Below are positions 1-11,144 of a stretch of DNA of 64,000 nucleotides, piece by piece. The stretch comes from Blastocladiella emersonii ATCC 22665 (Eukaryota; Fungi; Blastocladiomycota). Position 1 is the stretch's first letter, and each line of letters begins with the position of its first letter. Made by a program: the position numbers and the translations under genes. The stretch is from positions 372,001 to 436,000 of the forward strand of contig JANHCV010000006.1 of assembly GCA_025594325.1 (NCBI GenBank), read 5' to 3'. The notes below the pieces were generated by a model, which was not told where the DNA came from, ran no database searches, and saw nothing but the letters and a program-made list of their open reading frames with translations.

Positions 1-28
1 TATCGACCCACTCGACACTCGTGACCTC

Positions 29-1114
29 GTGCAACCGCTTGCACCGTCATCCCTCGGCATCCATGCATCTCGCGTCGACGCGTATACGCCCGGGCGCCAC
101 GACAGGCCCGCGCCGCACGGTGGCCCCCACGGTACGCGTCTCTCCGCTTCTTCTCGGCCGCTCTTCCCACGCGACGTGCATCCGGAGTCATGCATCAAGT
201 CCGTCGACACGCCCTGCACACATCGACGGGACTCGCGCCCGCCGCGCTCGATGTTCACGCCGCGTTCCCACGCCTTCCGCGCCGGCTGTCCGTTCGCTCA
301 CTGACCCACCCCACGCCACGACCTCTTTGCCCTGCTTTCTAGCCTTCGACAAGCACCTCAAGCTGTGGCGGCACTCGAGGGGTCCGCGGCAAGGTGCTTA
401 CGTCGATCCTGACCAAGTTCGCGACATGGTACGCGGTGCTTGATTCGGCCTGCTTCTCCCGTGGACCGGGACTAACATGTTTGCGGCCGCAATGAGCGAG
501 TAGGGCACCGAGTACGCCAAGTCGCGGTGACCAGGGTCGCGCCGTCGCCCGTCCCGTCGACTCGCGCACGGCACGCTCAAGTCCACGCGGTACGGTGCTT
601 CTCTTTCGCGTTGTCGGTGCGACTCACGCTGCGTGCGGGCACCGCCGAGCTTCGGGTCCCAAAGCACTTTCGCTCGTGTCGTCGGCCCGGGTCTCGGCGA
701 CGCAGCCCACGCGCTCGCGTCGACTGTACTCTTCGCCTGACCCTCTGCTCACTCGTCTCCGCTACGCGACCCGTAGCCTCGGTCTACCACGACAAGCTGC
801 TGCGGCGCTCGCCCATCAACTGGTCGGCGTTGCTCTCAAGCACGCACCCGACGGCGTACTCGTTCATAATCGAGGTACGCGACTCGTCCTCGCCCATCAC
901 GGTCTCCGACTTACGCAGATGATTCCCTCCTGTCTAGTTCATGGCGAGCAAGCTCACGAACCTGCCGTCGTGGCCAAAGGCGCCAGCTGCTGCGGGTTCG
1001 AGGACGGGTCCAAGGTGCACTCGAGGCGTCACGGTACGCGTTCATTGCCTCGCTGATGACCGACTCTGCGCTCACAATGATCTCTCCTCCGCATCGTAGG
1101 CCATATGCGGTTAG
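29..1114 (+). pseudogene. Multi-exon gene remnant of unknown family, frames not fully reconcilable
   Basis: Five GTACG donors (132, 429, 590, 875, 1034) alternate with YAG acceptors (342, 503, 776, 937, 1099). Exons 777-874, 938-1033 and 1100-1114 splice in frame (..SVYHDKLLRRSPINWSALLSSTHPTAYSFIIE|FMASKLTNLPSW..|AICG*), but exon 504-589 gives a stop or frame conflict. Confidence 0.3.
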
Positions 1115-1277
1115 ATTCCGCTCGCTCGTCATCAAGCTGGCCGCGAGGATCACCGGCACAGGGTTTCCTCTCTCATCCTCCCTCATCCTCTTCCCCGCCG
1201 ATGGTCTACCTGTATCGCACTCGATTCGCGGATAAATCGCGTGGTTTGAAACCTGGAATCATCGATGGGCCGCGACC

Positions 1278-1532
1278 TGGATCCGGATGTATTGAGCCGT
1301 GAGCGACGCCTTGATCCCTGGCGTGATCCACGCTGAGGCGAGGCGAATTCATTGCTGGATCAAGCTCGAGATCCACCTTGACCAAAAGCTGGATCCATCT
1401 GAGAGGTCCGCACGGTTTGCGGGTGGATCCAGCTCGCCCAAGCTGGATCCACGCTTGATCCAGAAAAGTAATATCGGGATCCACATTCCCCCGAGGTCCA
1501 TCATGTCCACGGCTGGATCCAGGGTGGATCCA
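1278..1532. repeat. Dense cluster of TGGATCCA/GATCC palindromic motifs
   Basis: Perfect TGGATCCA at 1390, 1424, 1444, 1514 and 1525, plus about seven degenerate GGATC/GATCC copies within about 255 bp. Confidence 0.8.
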
Positions 1533-2033
1533 CTTCAAATGGCTGGGGCACGGTTCAGTGATGGCGTCTGGCGAAGCGACGATCGGAGTTGAGCAGGAAC
1601 ACGCAGACAGCTTCGCGCCACGATCCCGGCTTGCTTGCAAGGTAGCAGATACTGTACGGAAACAATGTCGGAAGGCACACGGCGGTGAATTGTCTCCTGC
1701 ACTCGCTGGACGGCGAAGGCGAGCGAGTTCAGAACCTGCTGGATACCAAGGCTCGCCATGAGCGGGACCTTGCCCCGCTTGATGGAATTCTCCAGCGACA
1801 GGAAGATCGGGCTGTTCATGTCGCTGAGTTTGCGAAGCACGCCGTTCGACTCGCTCGCCCGAGAGCTAGAAACAGAGTACCGGTGATCGAATTATTGATC
1901 GGGACTCGCCCTGTTTCAGAGTGCGCCACAGTCACTGAAGGGCGCAGCGCGCTCGTCCGTGCGGTCGGCTGGATGTTCAGGCGCGTTCTCAACTTGCAAG
2001 TTAACCTCGTGGAGGCTACTGCGCTCACTCGAG

Positions 2034-2053
2034 TCGACTCGACTCGACTCGAC
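2034..2053. repeat. (TCGAC)4 pentanucleotide repeat
   Basis: TCGAC x4, directly after ACTCGAG. Confidence 0.85.
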
Positions 2054-3618
2054 TAGACGTCGGCGTTCGAGACCTGCGTCGGACGCACGATTGTTAGCGG
2101 GATCATGCCGTCGTCGTCAGGCAGCGCGTTGAGCCGTTTGTAGTTGATGGGGATGTCGGCCTAGGAGGAGTTGCCAGTCCTTGAGCCATTCGATCGCAGC
2201 GATGATATTGCGTCATCAAATTGTGAGTTCGTTGATGATCGTTTGGATGTTGACGTGCGCGGCGTGCCCTGCGCTCCTTGCGACATGGTTTTGTGCTGGG
2301 TACGGCGTAGCGACGGCCGTGTTGACGAGGACGGGCTGCTTGATTGTGGACCGCTGCGCCACAACCTCAGCGATGGCCGACCTGAAACCGGCAGGCGAGA
2401 CGGCGACCTGCTGAGTGAGAACCGGAACCGCGGGGCCCGAGGTGATGCCGACATGCGCAATGAGGTTGCCAGCAAATGCTTGAGGTCGTCACGTATGCAC
2501 TCCCGGTGCAGCCGAGGCAGGAGCTCGTCGCTGGGAAAGTCCGAGTCATCCGAGACCACGATCTCGTCCATGAACCGCGGCCGTGGCGGCGCTGTCAGCG
2601 CAAACGTCAGCCTGGCCCGTGCTCCGCCTGGACGGGGTCGGCAGTCCCGTGTACGCGCGCTACTGCTACTGCCACTGCGCGTGCTGTGCTGCGGTCCCTA
2701 TGACGCGTGACGGAGGCGTCGTTGACAACGGCGTCGTCGTGGTAGTGAGGTGACCTGCGCGCGGTTTGGGTTGCTGGGGCGCCGCCACATGCTGCACTGC
2801 AACACCACTGGGCCGACCGACCTGCAGTTGCTGTCCGGCCACGACGACGTGATCGGTTTATCAACGGCGTCGCGCTGTTGCTGGAATTACCTTTGCTGCG
2901 GGTGCAACAGCGCGGAACCCAACCATGTCGACAATGAAGCGGATTGCTGCTTGATGACTGACACGTTGCCTAACACGTTGCCTGATCATAACGATGAGGA
3001 CGGCTGCTGCTGGATCTGCTCCTGCACCGCCACGCCCTGCGGCCACGCCGACATGAGGGACATATCGCGCTTGAACATCTCGTACGTGTACACGTTGAGC
3101 AGGTCGCACTTGAAAATCTTGAACGTGCACACGTTGAGCTGCTCCATGGCCTGCCGCATGGCGCGGTGCGACTTGACCATGTTTCCGAGCAAGAGCGGCT
3201 GGGCGTGCGGGTCGAGCTGAGCTACATCAGTTGCCGAGACCACAAAGACGGCAGCAGGGCCTCTCTCTCTCTCCGTGCGCGAGCCACGCAGACGAGGCTG
3301 AACGATATGTGGCCACGTACTATAACCGAGATGTTCTTGGCGCGGCCGGTTGCGTAGTTTGGTCAACTCGGCCACCTTGCCCTCGAGCTTGGTGTATTAC
3401 AGGAACTTGGGCTTGGCCAGAATCTCGTACGTTGACACGAGGCGCGACGGGTGCTGCCCAACACGCATCTGCACTTGCGTGACTCCCCCGACCTGCACGG
3501 ACGGCCAGGTATCTGACGGTGTGGCTCGCCGCGTTCTGGACGGGCGCTGTCTCGAAAGCGAGCCGTCAGTACGACAAACAGACCGGTTCCGGTGTGCGTC
3601 AACGGCATTAAGTGCAAC

Positions 3619-3639
3619 AAGAAGAAGAAGAAGAAGAAG
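3619..3639. repeat. (AAG)7 microsatellite
   Basis: Seven AAG units read directly. Confidence 0.9.
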
Positions 3640-4376
3640 TATCAACTCAAAGCCACGCCCGTTGCGCCGGTCGAGCAGGACCCGATTACACCCGCCTTCG
3701 TCATGCGGTGGACAGGGGTCCAAGGCGTTCAAGCACAACATTGTTCTCGCGCGGATCCGCGTCCCGCAGGCACGGAACGGCCTTGTGAGTGACTTACCCT
3801 TGTACGCGACGCTTTCATGGCTCCAACAATGCAAGAACCTGTGGATGCTCCGGTCAATCGCGAAGAGCTTGTTCGAGGCCATGAAGCCCGATCCGCTAGC
3901 AGCGGCCGAGAGCGAGCGACTTAAGGCGCTCGACAACCTGACCAAAACAGGGTGAGTTTAATCACGGAGGCACCTTTGAAGCAGGCGCGCTGCCGCTCTT
4001 CAGACGCTCAAGTGCCCTATGCGGTGCGGGATTTAGCCCTCGATTGAGAATAAAACGCGAAGCGCTCCGGTCGGTGCTTCAAGTGCAATTCGCTCGCGGG
4101 TCGTGCCGGACACGTGCGCTGATGAGATGCGTTGCGCCACACCAGTGAGATGACGAACGACGCGTCCAGCCTTGGCCCTCGATTGTGTCGAGGTGAGATC
4201 CAAGAATGAGACAGCTGGGACAGGCCGGGTCTTGTTCAAGCAAGAATATTGAGTGTATAGTAGCACCGAGTCATCCCTTCCCATCTTTCCCTCCCTCCCT
4301 TCCCTCCAATTCACAAGTCGTGCGTCACGCAGTCGCGGCGACCACGACGACGCTACATCTACGTCGTGGCGCGCGG

Positions 4377-6479
4377 CTACGCTTTTGCTTGGCGGATCAG
4401 CGAGAAGAGCTGCCGGTAGCGTGGCACGTAGTCCAGCCCCTCGCACGAGTAGAAGCGAAGAAAATCACCGATCCCGGCGGTCGCCACCCGCGGCTCGAGC
4501 GCCTGCAGCACGGCCTTGGACGAGTTGAGGGGGGTGATCGTTGAGATCTCGTAGTGCAGGGTCTCGAGAAGCTGGAGCAGCCACTCGCCCCTCGAGTCCA
4601 TGACCTCCTTGTGCGACGGCACGCGTACTCGAAGGTGATTCATGCAGGCAGCGATGCGCGTGGCGAGCTCGCGCGGCGGCAACAGGATCGGGCACGTCGC
4701 GGCGAGGTGCACCTGCGGCTGGTTGGGCCCGCCGTGGTTGGGGTTGGCGTCGGCGAGTGCCGGGCAGAAATTGCACATGTCGCCGTCTGCTGGTGGCGCG
4801 GCGGGGCCTCGGTGGGAGATGGGAAAGCCCCACTTCGGGATGTGCGGCACTGGCGGGTCGCGGCTCACGGGCTGACGGGCGCGGTGCGGCGAGGACGGCG
4901 AGCGCGACGACGAGGCCGCCGCCACCATTGCGAACGTGATGCTCGATGTACGACGACTTGACGACGAGCGTGACGGGGAGCGTGACCGAGCTGCCGCGGT
5001 GCCCAATGTACGACGACTTGACGAGCGCGACGGGGAGCGTGACCGAGCCGCCGCGGTCGGCGACGACGATGACGCCGCGGCGGCGGCGGCGGCGGGAGAC
5101 GCAGGGCCGCGGGAAGCACGGCCACCACGCTTAGCGCTTGGGCGTACGGGGAGGGCCAGGGCCGGAGTAGGGGCCCGAACGGGCGTAGTGGGGGCGGGCG
5201 GCTCGGTGCTTGAGGAACCCGACGGCGGCCGCAACAGCTGGTGCGCCTGGTCGAGCAGGTACTTGAGGTTGGCGACCTGAATGAACGAGGTCATGGGCAG
5301 CCGCGCGAGGGCCTGCAGCGCGACGTGGACCGAAACGTAGTCCGTGTTCTTGGCCGACAGCTCCTCGATGTGCACCGCGACCCGATCCACGTACTCGACG
5401 AGCGGGGTGCGCTCCTTGTGGAACACGGCCTTGGTGATCTGGGTCCCAGCCGCAGTCGCATTCTCGGGGCCGAGGGGACCGCCGAAATGGACGAGGTCAA
5501 CGGCATCGACCCCGCGAAGCTGCTCCAGCCCGCGCGCGACCTGCTCGGCGAGGTAGCCGATCCCGTCCTTTGTGGTGATCAGCAGACACTTGTCCGTCGC
5601 GTGCGGTTCCGCGAAAAACCGCTCCGGGCCACGCGAGCCGACGGTGCAGGCGGTGCAGCGGAGGACGGCGGCGGCTGTGGTGGTGGTACCCTCGGCGGCG
5701 TTGATGGCCGCGGGCTCGGCGTGGTGCGCGATGTGCTGCGTCGAGTGGGCCGAGCCGGCTGCCGGGGAGGAAGGGCGCGGGACGGGATCCGCCGCCGCGG
5801 CCGTCGCCGCCGACAGGGCCGATGGCGGCGCAGGGAGCGCGCTTGCCGAGCCGCTGTTGCTGGTCGGACCGTCGCCCAGCGTGCCCGACACGGGCGGCGC
5901 CGCGGCCGACACGCAGGCCGAGCTGTCGTCGTGGGCGCCCTTGTCCGAGTCCGAGTCCGAGTCCGAGTCTGTCGGGAACATGGGTCGTTTCAGCTTGTTG
6001 GCGGCCGGGCTGCGCGGCGGCGGTGCGGGCCCAAACCCGTGCGCAAACTCGAACCCGACCGCGCCGATGAGCGGCATGGGCGCCGAGTGGCTGCGCGAGC
6101 GCGGCCGGGCATCCTGCAACCCGGCCCCGGCGATGAGGGCGGGCGCGTGCGCTGCGCCGTCCGGGGCTGGGGCCGGGGCCGGGGCCGCGGCGGGCAACGG
6201 CGACGGCGATGGCAAGGGCGGTGGCGACGACTCGTACGCCCAGAGCTCGCGCGAGATCCGGCCGTCCATGTCCTCGAGGCGACGCACTTCGTCGGTCACC
6301 GCCATCAGCCGCTCGAACGCGTCCTTGTTGCACAGGTAGCAGCCGAACTGGACCAGCTGCCAGCCGCGGCGCGTGGTCGGCTTCAGGAGGCCGTCCGAGA
6401 ACGCGCGGAACGCGGCAACGGCCTGGCCAGCGTCAAACTGCGGGGGCGGCGCGGGGGCGCCGATCTCGGCGCGATGCAT
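4377..6479 (-). CDS. Hypothetical 700-aa protein with two extended CCHC zinc-knuckle-like motifs and Pro/Ser/Ala-rich linkers
   Basis: Single ATG-initiated ORF with C/G-ending codon bias. Motifs CTAC-x14-H-x4-C (5586-5657) and CNFC-x18-H-x4-C (4692-4775). Confidence 0.65.
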   Translation of the reverse strand: MHRAEIGAPAPPPQFDAGQAVAAFRAFSDGLLKPTTRRGWQLVQFGCYLCNKDAFERLMAVTDEVRRLEDMDGRISRELWAYESSPPPLPSPSPLPAAAPAPAPAPDGAAHAPALIAGAGLQDARPRSRSHSAPMPLIGAVGFEFAHGFGPAPPPRSPAANKLKRPMFPTDSDSDSDSDKGAHDDSSACVSAAAPPVSGTLGDGPTSNSGSASALPAPPSALSAATAAAADPVPRPSSPAAGSAHSTQHIAHHAEPAAINAAEGTTTTAAAVLRCTACTVGSRGPERFFAEPHATDKCLLITTKDGIGYLAEQVARGLEQLRGVDAVDLVHFGGPLGPENATAAGTQITKAVFHKERTPLVEYVDRVAVHIEELSAKNTDYVSVHVALQALARLPMTSFIQVANLKYLLDQAHQLLRPPSGSSSTEPPAPTTPVRAPTPALALPVRPSAKRGGRASRGPASPAAAAAAASSSSPTAAARSRSPSRSSSRRTLGTAAARSRSPSRSSSSRRTSSITFAMVAAASSSRSPSSPHRARQPVSRDPPVPHIPKWGFPISHRGPAAPPADGDMCNFCPALADANPNHGGPNQPQVHLAATCPILLPPRELATRIAACMNHLRVRVPSHKEVMDSRGEWLLQLLETLHYEISTITPLNSSKAVLQALEPRVATAGIGDFLRFYSCEGLDYVPRYRQLFSLIRQAKA
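4946..5057. repeat. Two-copy ~60-bp intragenic tandem duplication
   Basis: ATGTACGACGACTTGACG... starts at 4946 and 5006; encodes TAAARSRSPSRSSSRRT-like units on the minus strand. Confidence 0.85.
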
Positions 6480-6584
6480 GGTGTGTGCTAGGTGTGCGAG
6501 ATGAGCTGCGGGCTAGCCCCCTCAGGAGTCGGGGCGGGGCGGCCCGTTGGCGCGCGCGCGCGAGCGCACGACGACCATCGCGAC

Positions 6585-6638
6585 GCGCCAGGGGTCGGTG
6601 GGGCGCCAGGGGTCGGTGGGGCGCCAGGGGTCGGTGGG
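6585..6638. repeat. 18-bp tandem repeat x3
   Basis: GCGCCAGGGGTCGGTGGG at 6585, 6603 and 6621, about 100 bp upstream of the 700-aa ORF start. Confidence 0.9.
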
Positions 6639-7053
6639 ACGCGCGCGCGCACGCGTTTCGGCGCCGCCCGATTCAGGGGAAGCGACGCGCTCACGTGGGT
6701 GGCGCGACGCGTCGGATATTGTCTCGCAGGCGCGGTCGCGGCGCCGATAAGCTCGCGTATGACGGCCCCGCGATGATATCCGATAAGGCCGCTTACTCGC
6801 TTACGACGGTATTCGGCACGACTGGCGCGTTTACGCAGAATTCAACCGTATATGGTGTGCGGCGACGGCATGGGCGAGTACACGCGGTACTCGCTGGCAA
6901 AGACACGGTCCGAGTCGTCCGAGATGTCGCTCGGCGCGTGGCCTTACAGGTGCGGCACTTGAATGCTGGTTCGCAGCCGCCGCCGGCCTTGCCGCGCGTG
7001 TCGGTCCCGCGAGTCGCAGTAGTGGTACGAGATCCCGCCGGCCTTGCACGCGC

Positions 7054-8719
7054 TCAGAGCCACGGCGTCCAGCCCTCGAACATGCGCGCGAGCCGGCCCT
7101 CGTCCATGGCCTCGTCAATGAGACGCGAAACCTACATGTTCGCGCCATCGAGTCAGTCGTCGTCGCCCGCATGCACGCGTCGAATCGAAGCGTACCCGAT
7201 CGGCGACACTGGACCCAGCACCCGGACCCTCGTCCGCGGACCCGTCGAGCTTGGCGTACAGGCTGCGCAGGACGCGCACCCCGCGGTCGTGCGGCGCGTC
7301 TGCTGCGGCCGCCGCAATCGGCTTGACGGCGACGCCCGACGGTGTCGGCTGCGTGAGCCGGTCCATGTCGCCGTCCTCGTCCCCGCCCTCCTCGGTACCA
7401 ACCATGGGCGGGTCCTCGCCGTTGACCCCGTCACCGTCGCCCCCGCCGGGCGCCGCCGCACCGGACCCGGCGCCCTTGAGCATCTCCCAGTCGATGCTCG
7501 GGTCGAGGACGAGCGACTTGAGCAGCCGCGCAAAGAGCCCGCGGTACTTGGCGAGCAACCCCAAAACCACCTCGGCCGCCTGCGCAAACGGGCCGCGCAC
7601 GCCGAGCGCCGCGCCGCCCATGGCCTCGACAAAGCTGCGCGTGAGCCGGAACGGGACCACCTCGGGCACGTACAGCGCAAGCCCGCGGTCGAAACAGATG
7701 TTGTAGTCAATGTGCACCACGTGCCCCGTGGCCGGGTCGACCAGCACGTTGTCGAGGTGCCGGTCCCCCAACCCCAAGACGTACCCGACGACCGCCATGG
7801 CCGCCGACGAGTGCGCGAACCGGCGCGCGGCTGCGAGGATGCCCGCCGCGGAGGTCGCTTCCAGAAAAAGCGCGTTGCGCAGCCAGTCGGCGGGCGACCC
7901 GGCCACGAGCCGCGCGTGCACCTCGCGGAGCTGTTCCGCCGAACACGCGCGGCGGACCGACCGCTGCGTCGGCGGTTGTTGGGTAACAGGCCGACCGAGG
8001 ACCGGGTGCGCGGCCGCGTTGAAGGCGACAACGGGCTTTGGCGGGTGCTCGCCGCCGTGCGTCGCCATGTACGCGCGCTTGTACAGCGTGTAGGCCGGGA
8101 CCGCGTCGACCCACTGGATGAACCCGCCGGACCGGCCGAGCGGGACCACGGCGTAGCTACGCGCGAGCCCGCCGCTCCCAACAGCCGCGAGCGCGGCGAC
8201 GCGCGGGTCGCTCCCCCGTGCAGCCGTACCCGCCACGACGGCGTTGGCCGCGTCGAGGAACTGCATCATGGCCTGGTCGAGGTGCAGGTCCTCGAGCCCC
8301 TTGAGCAGGTACGCCGAGTCTTTCCCCGCGGCACCCGTGAACGTGAGCTTCTTGGGTTTCGTCTTGGTCGGCAGCACCGTGAACGCGGCGTGGACGCCCG
8401 CGATGCGCTCGCTGGTGCCCGGCAGGAACGTGGCCGACAGATCGAGGTCGTGCAGCACCTCGACCTCGTGCAGCCGCAGCGTGCGCGCGCGGTTGATGGC
8501 GGACCCGAGCGCCGCCAGCAGCGGGTGCAGCGGCGCCCACAGCTTGCGGACCGCGCGCCGCCACACGGCTGGGTCCTTCTCGGCGTCGGCGTTGGTGTGC
8601 GGCGACCATGCCGCGAACGCGGCCTCGGCCTGCTCGAGCGCCGCGTCAATCTTGGGCCCGAACGCGTCGCGGAACCGGACCTCGCAACACCCGAGATAGT
8701 CGGCGCGGCCGCTGTTGCA
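7054..8719 (-). pseudogene. SMG1: SMG1-type PIKK kinase, C-terminal part only (kinase plus FATC); 5'-truncated gene or mini-kinase
   Basis: SMG1-type motifs VLPTKTKPKKL and YLLKGLEDLHLD; catalytic YVLGLGDRHLDN and HIDYNICF; VPEVVPFRLT. Intron 7132-7195 (GTACGC..TAG) joins to FATC VSRLIDEAMDEGRLARMFEGWTPWL* (exon 7054-7131). The frame is closed upstream by TGA at 8720-8722 with no ATG before the kinase domain. Family is secure; pseudogene status is uncertain. Confidence 0.75.
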
Positions 8720-9021
8720 TCAAGTTCGAAGCGTTACATGAGAGAATATGAGCGAGAATCGATGATGACGGTGAATGACGTCGCGTCGCGTTTCGAATTC
8801 GGCGCTGCATGAGCCGAAGCTTCGGCGGACCCGACGCCACGGACCCGTCAGCGAATCCGGGCCGCTGGTCAACCTCGTGGGTCCGCTCCGCTGGCTCGGG
8901 CCCGAGCATGGCCGATCGGAGCGTCCCCAACTCGCGGACCAGCTTTAGGGCGTGACGAGCACGCACTCCGGCGGCCGGCGAGTCGGGTCCGTCCCCGTTG
9001 CCATGGGGGCTCGGCCCAGGG

Positions 9022-9028
9022 TATAAAA
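9022..9028 (+). promoter_or_regulatory. Candidate TATA box of the first CBA1-like gene
   Basis: TATAAAA in very GC-rich DNA, about 220 bp upstream of the ATG at 9250. Confidence 0.35.
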
Positions 9029-9249
9029 CCGCGCCACCTCCCCGCAGCTGGCTCTCGCTCTCTTGTCGTTGCTTCGTTGCTTCCCTCGTATGTATCATGC
9101 TCCCTCGGTCGGACTGGCGTCTCGGCCCTCGCGGCCTTGCAACAGGTGCCCCCGTCGGCCTGCTGTTGTTGATGCCACGTTGCCGTCTCCGACGCGATCA
9201 ACAAACACCTCACCGACACTCGCCCCCTCCGTCCCCGTAGCGATCCACC

Positions 9250-10684
9250 ATGACCGCCTCCATCAAGCTCCTGTCGCTGCTGCTCCTGGCGCTCGTCGCG
9301 ACGTCGGCCAACGCGCAGTCCCCGCTTGAGGACTGCGTCAAGACGTTTGACGCCAACAAGGACTGCTTCACGGCCAAGTCGACCAACGACGCGGCCAAGT
9401 TCTTCAAGGTCGACTACAAGAACTACTACAAGGTGGTCTCGGTGACGCCCGCGTTCGGCGCTCCCTCGAGCTACGCCCTGGTGATCCGCGGCGCCCCCAA
9501 GGACGCGCTGCCGACCAACGTCAACGCCACCTTCGAGATCCCCGTCAAGTCGGTCGGCGCCTTCGACACCACCTCGGTCCCCTACCTCGAGCTCCTCGGC
9601 AAGCGTGCCGCGATTGCTGCCGCCAGCAACCCCGAGTACGTCTCGTCGGCCTGTACGTGTTCTCGCTTCGCCTTCCGCCCTTCCACTTCGGGACCTCTCG
9701 CTCACCGCAACGTTCTCCCAAACAGGCTTCCAGAAGCTCGTTGCCGCTGGCACCATCAAGAAGGTCGACGAGAAGAACCAGGCGAGCGCGACCTCGACGG
9801 TGGCGCCGCTCGATGCCATCTTCTCGGGCATCGGCGCGACGCCGGGCCTCGCTGACGGCAAGTGGGTGACGCAGTCGGCGTCGAGCGACCCGGGCGCCTT
9901 CAACCGCGCCGAGTGGCTCGAGTACTTTGCCCAGTGGTTCGGTCTCGAGGGCGACGCCCAGAAGACCACCACCGAGATCCTGGCCCGCTACACGGCCGCC
10001 AAGGAGGCCGCCAAGAAGGCCGCCGTCGCGTCGCCCCTCAAGGTCGCCTGGGTCTCGTACTCGGCGCCCGCATCGTTCAACGGCAACAAGGCGTCGTGGT
10101 CCATCTCGGCCGCCGCCTACAAGAAGGACCTCGTCACCGACGCCGGCGCGACCATGGTGACCCCCTCGGTGTCCACCTTCTCGGATGTCGCCGAGTTCCG
10201 CAAGCAGCTGACCGAGGTCGACGTGGTCATCAACGAGTCGTTCAAGTTCAACGAGACGCTGTCGGGCTTCGCGCAGGCGTTCGGCGTCGACGACAACTTC
10301 AAGTTCATGAAGAACAAGCAGGTGTACGGCCTCGACAAGCGCGTCAACCCGTCGTTCCTGCTCGACTGGTTCGAGTCGGCGCTCGTGTTCCCGAACGTGG
10401 TCCTGCTCGACCTCATGTCGATCGTCAACCCCAACGCCGTCAAGGGCGTGACCCGCACCTACCTCCGCAACCTCGACTCGGACAAGATCACCGTCGTCAC
10501 CGCCGACCAGTGCCAGGGCGACGTCGCCGCCCCGCTCTCGGTCCAGGGCCCCGCCGTCCAGCAGATCTCGTCGGGCAACGTCGGCTCGGGCGACGGCGCC
10601 GCGCGCACCTCGGCCGCTCCCGCCACCGTGGCTGCTGCTCCCCTCGCCGTCGCTGCCGCGGCTGCTGCCTTCTTCCTCGCCTAA
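9250..10684 (+). CDS. CBA1: Secreted, probably GPI-anchored substrate-binding-fold protein, CBA1 (cobalamin acquisition protein)-like, paralog 1, 453 aa
   Basis: Exons 9250-9652 and 9726-10684 (intron GTACGT..GCTCAC..AACAG). Signal peptide MTASIKLLSLLLLALVATSANA. Motifs VDYKNYYKVV, VPYLELLG..NPEYVSSACF and RAEWLEYFAQWFGLEGDA resemble my recollection of algal CBA1 and of BtuF/TroA-class binding proteins. Hydrophobic C-terminal tail. Confidence 0.75.
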
Positions 10685-11144
10685 GCGAGCCTGAGTCCCT
10701 CCCCTATCCGTGTGTGTGGTGTACTGCTAGTCTAGATCAATGTACCAACCTGTTTATGTGTTTTCTTCTGTCTGCTACGCCGAGGACGCCGGAAAAAGTC
10801 GGAGGCGGAGCGGGGAGACATCACGCGCCCGCCCACGTGCGCTGCGAGACAAAACGCGTCGACGCGTCGCCGCGCGATCGCGGCCGGCCGAGCGCCTGGC
10901 CGAGCGCCAGGAACGCTCTCCCTTGTCCCGCACCAGCATCCATGAAACAAGCACGCGCAACCGACACCGACGCGGCGGAAACGCGCGCGGACGCGCCGCG
11001 CCCACGCCCCGCCCGCATGCGCCGCCCCGCCTCCGCGCTCTCAAAACCCGGTGCCCACCCATGCCCCTCCCCTCTCTCGCGCACCTGCTGCTGCACCGAG
11101 ACGACGGATACACATAGACGAACCGCACCGCATCCGACACCACC

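Noticed and set aside
1535-4330. Scattered ORF fragments (for example MDEIVVSDDSDF.., a Gln-rich piece, a poly-Lys piece)
   Set aside because: Interrupted by stops and frame changes with no identifiable domain; likely decayed sequence, not callable.
6209-8812. 867-aa plus-strand ORF
   Set aside because: Antisense shadow of the SMG1 fragment; Arg/Ala/Gly-rich with no motifs, as expected in stop-poor high-GC DNA.
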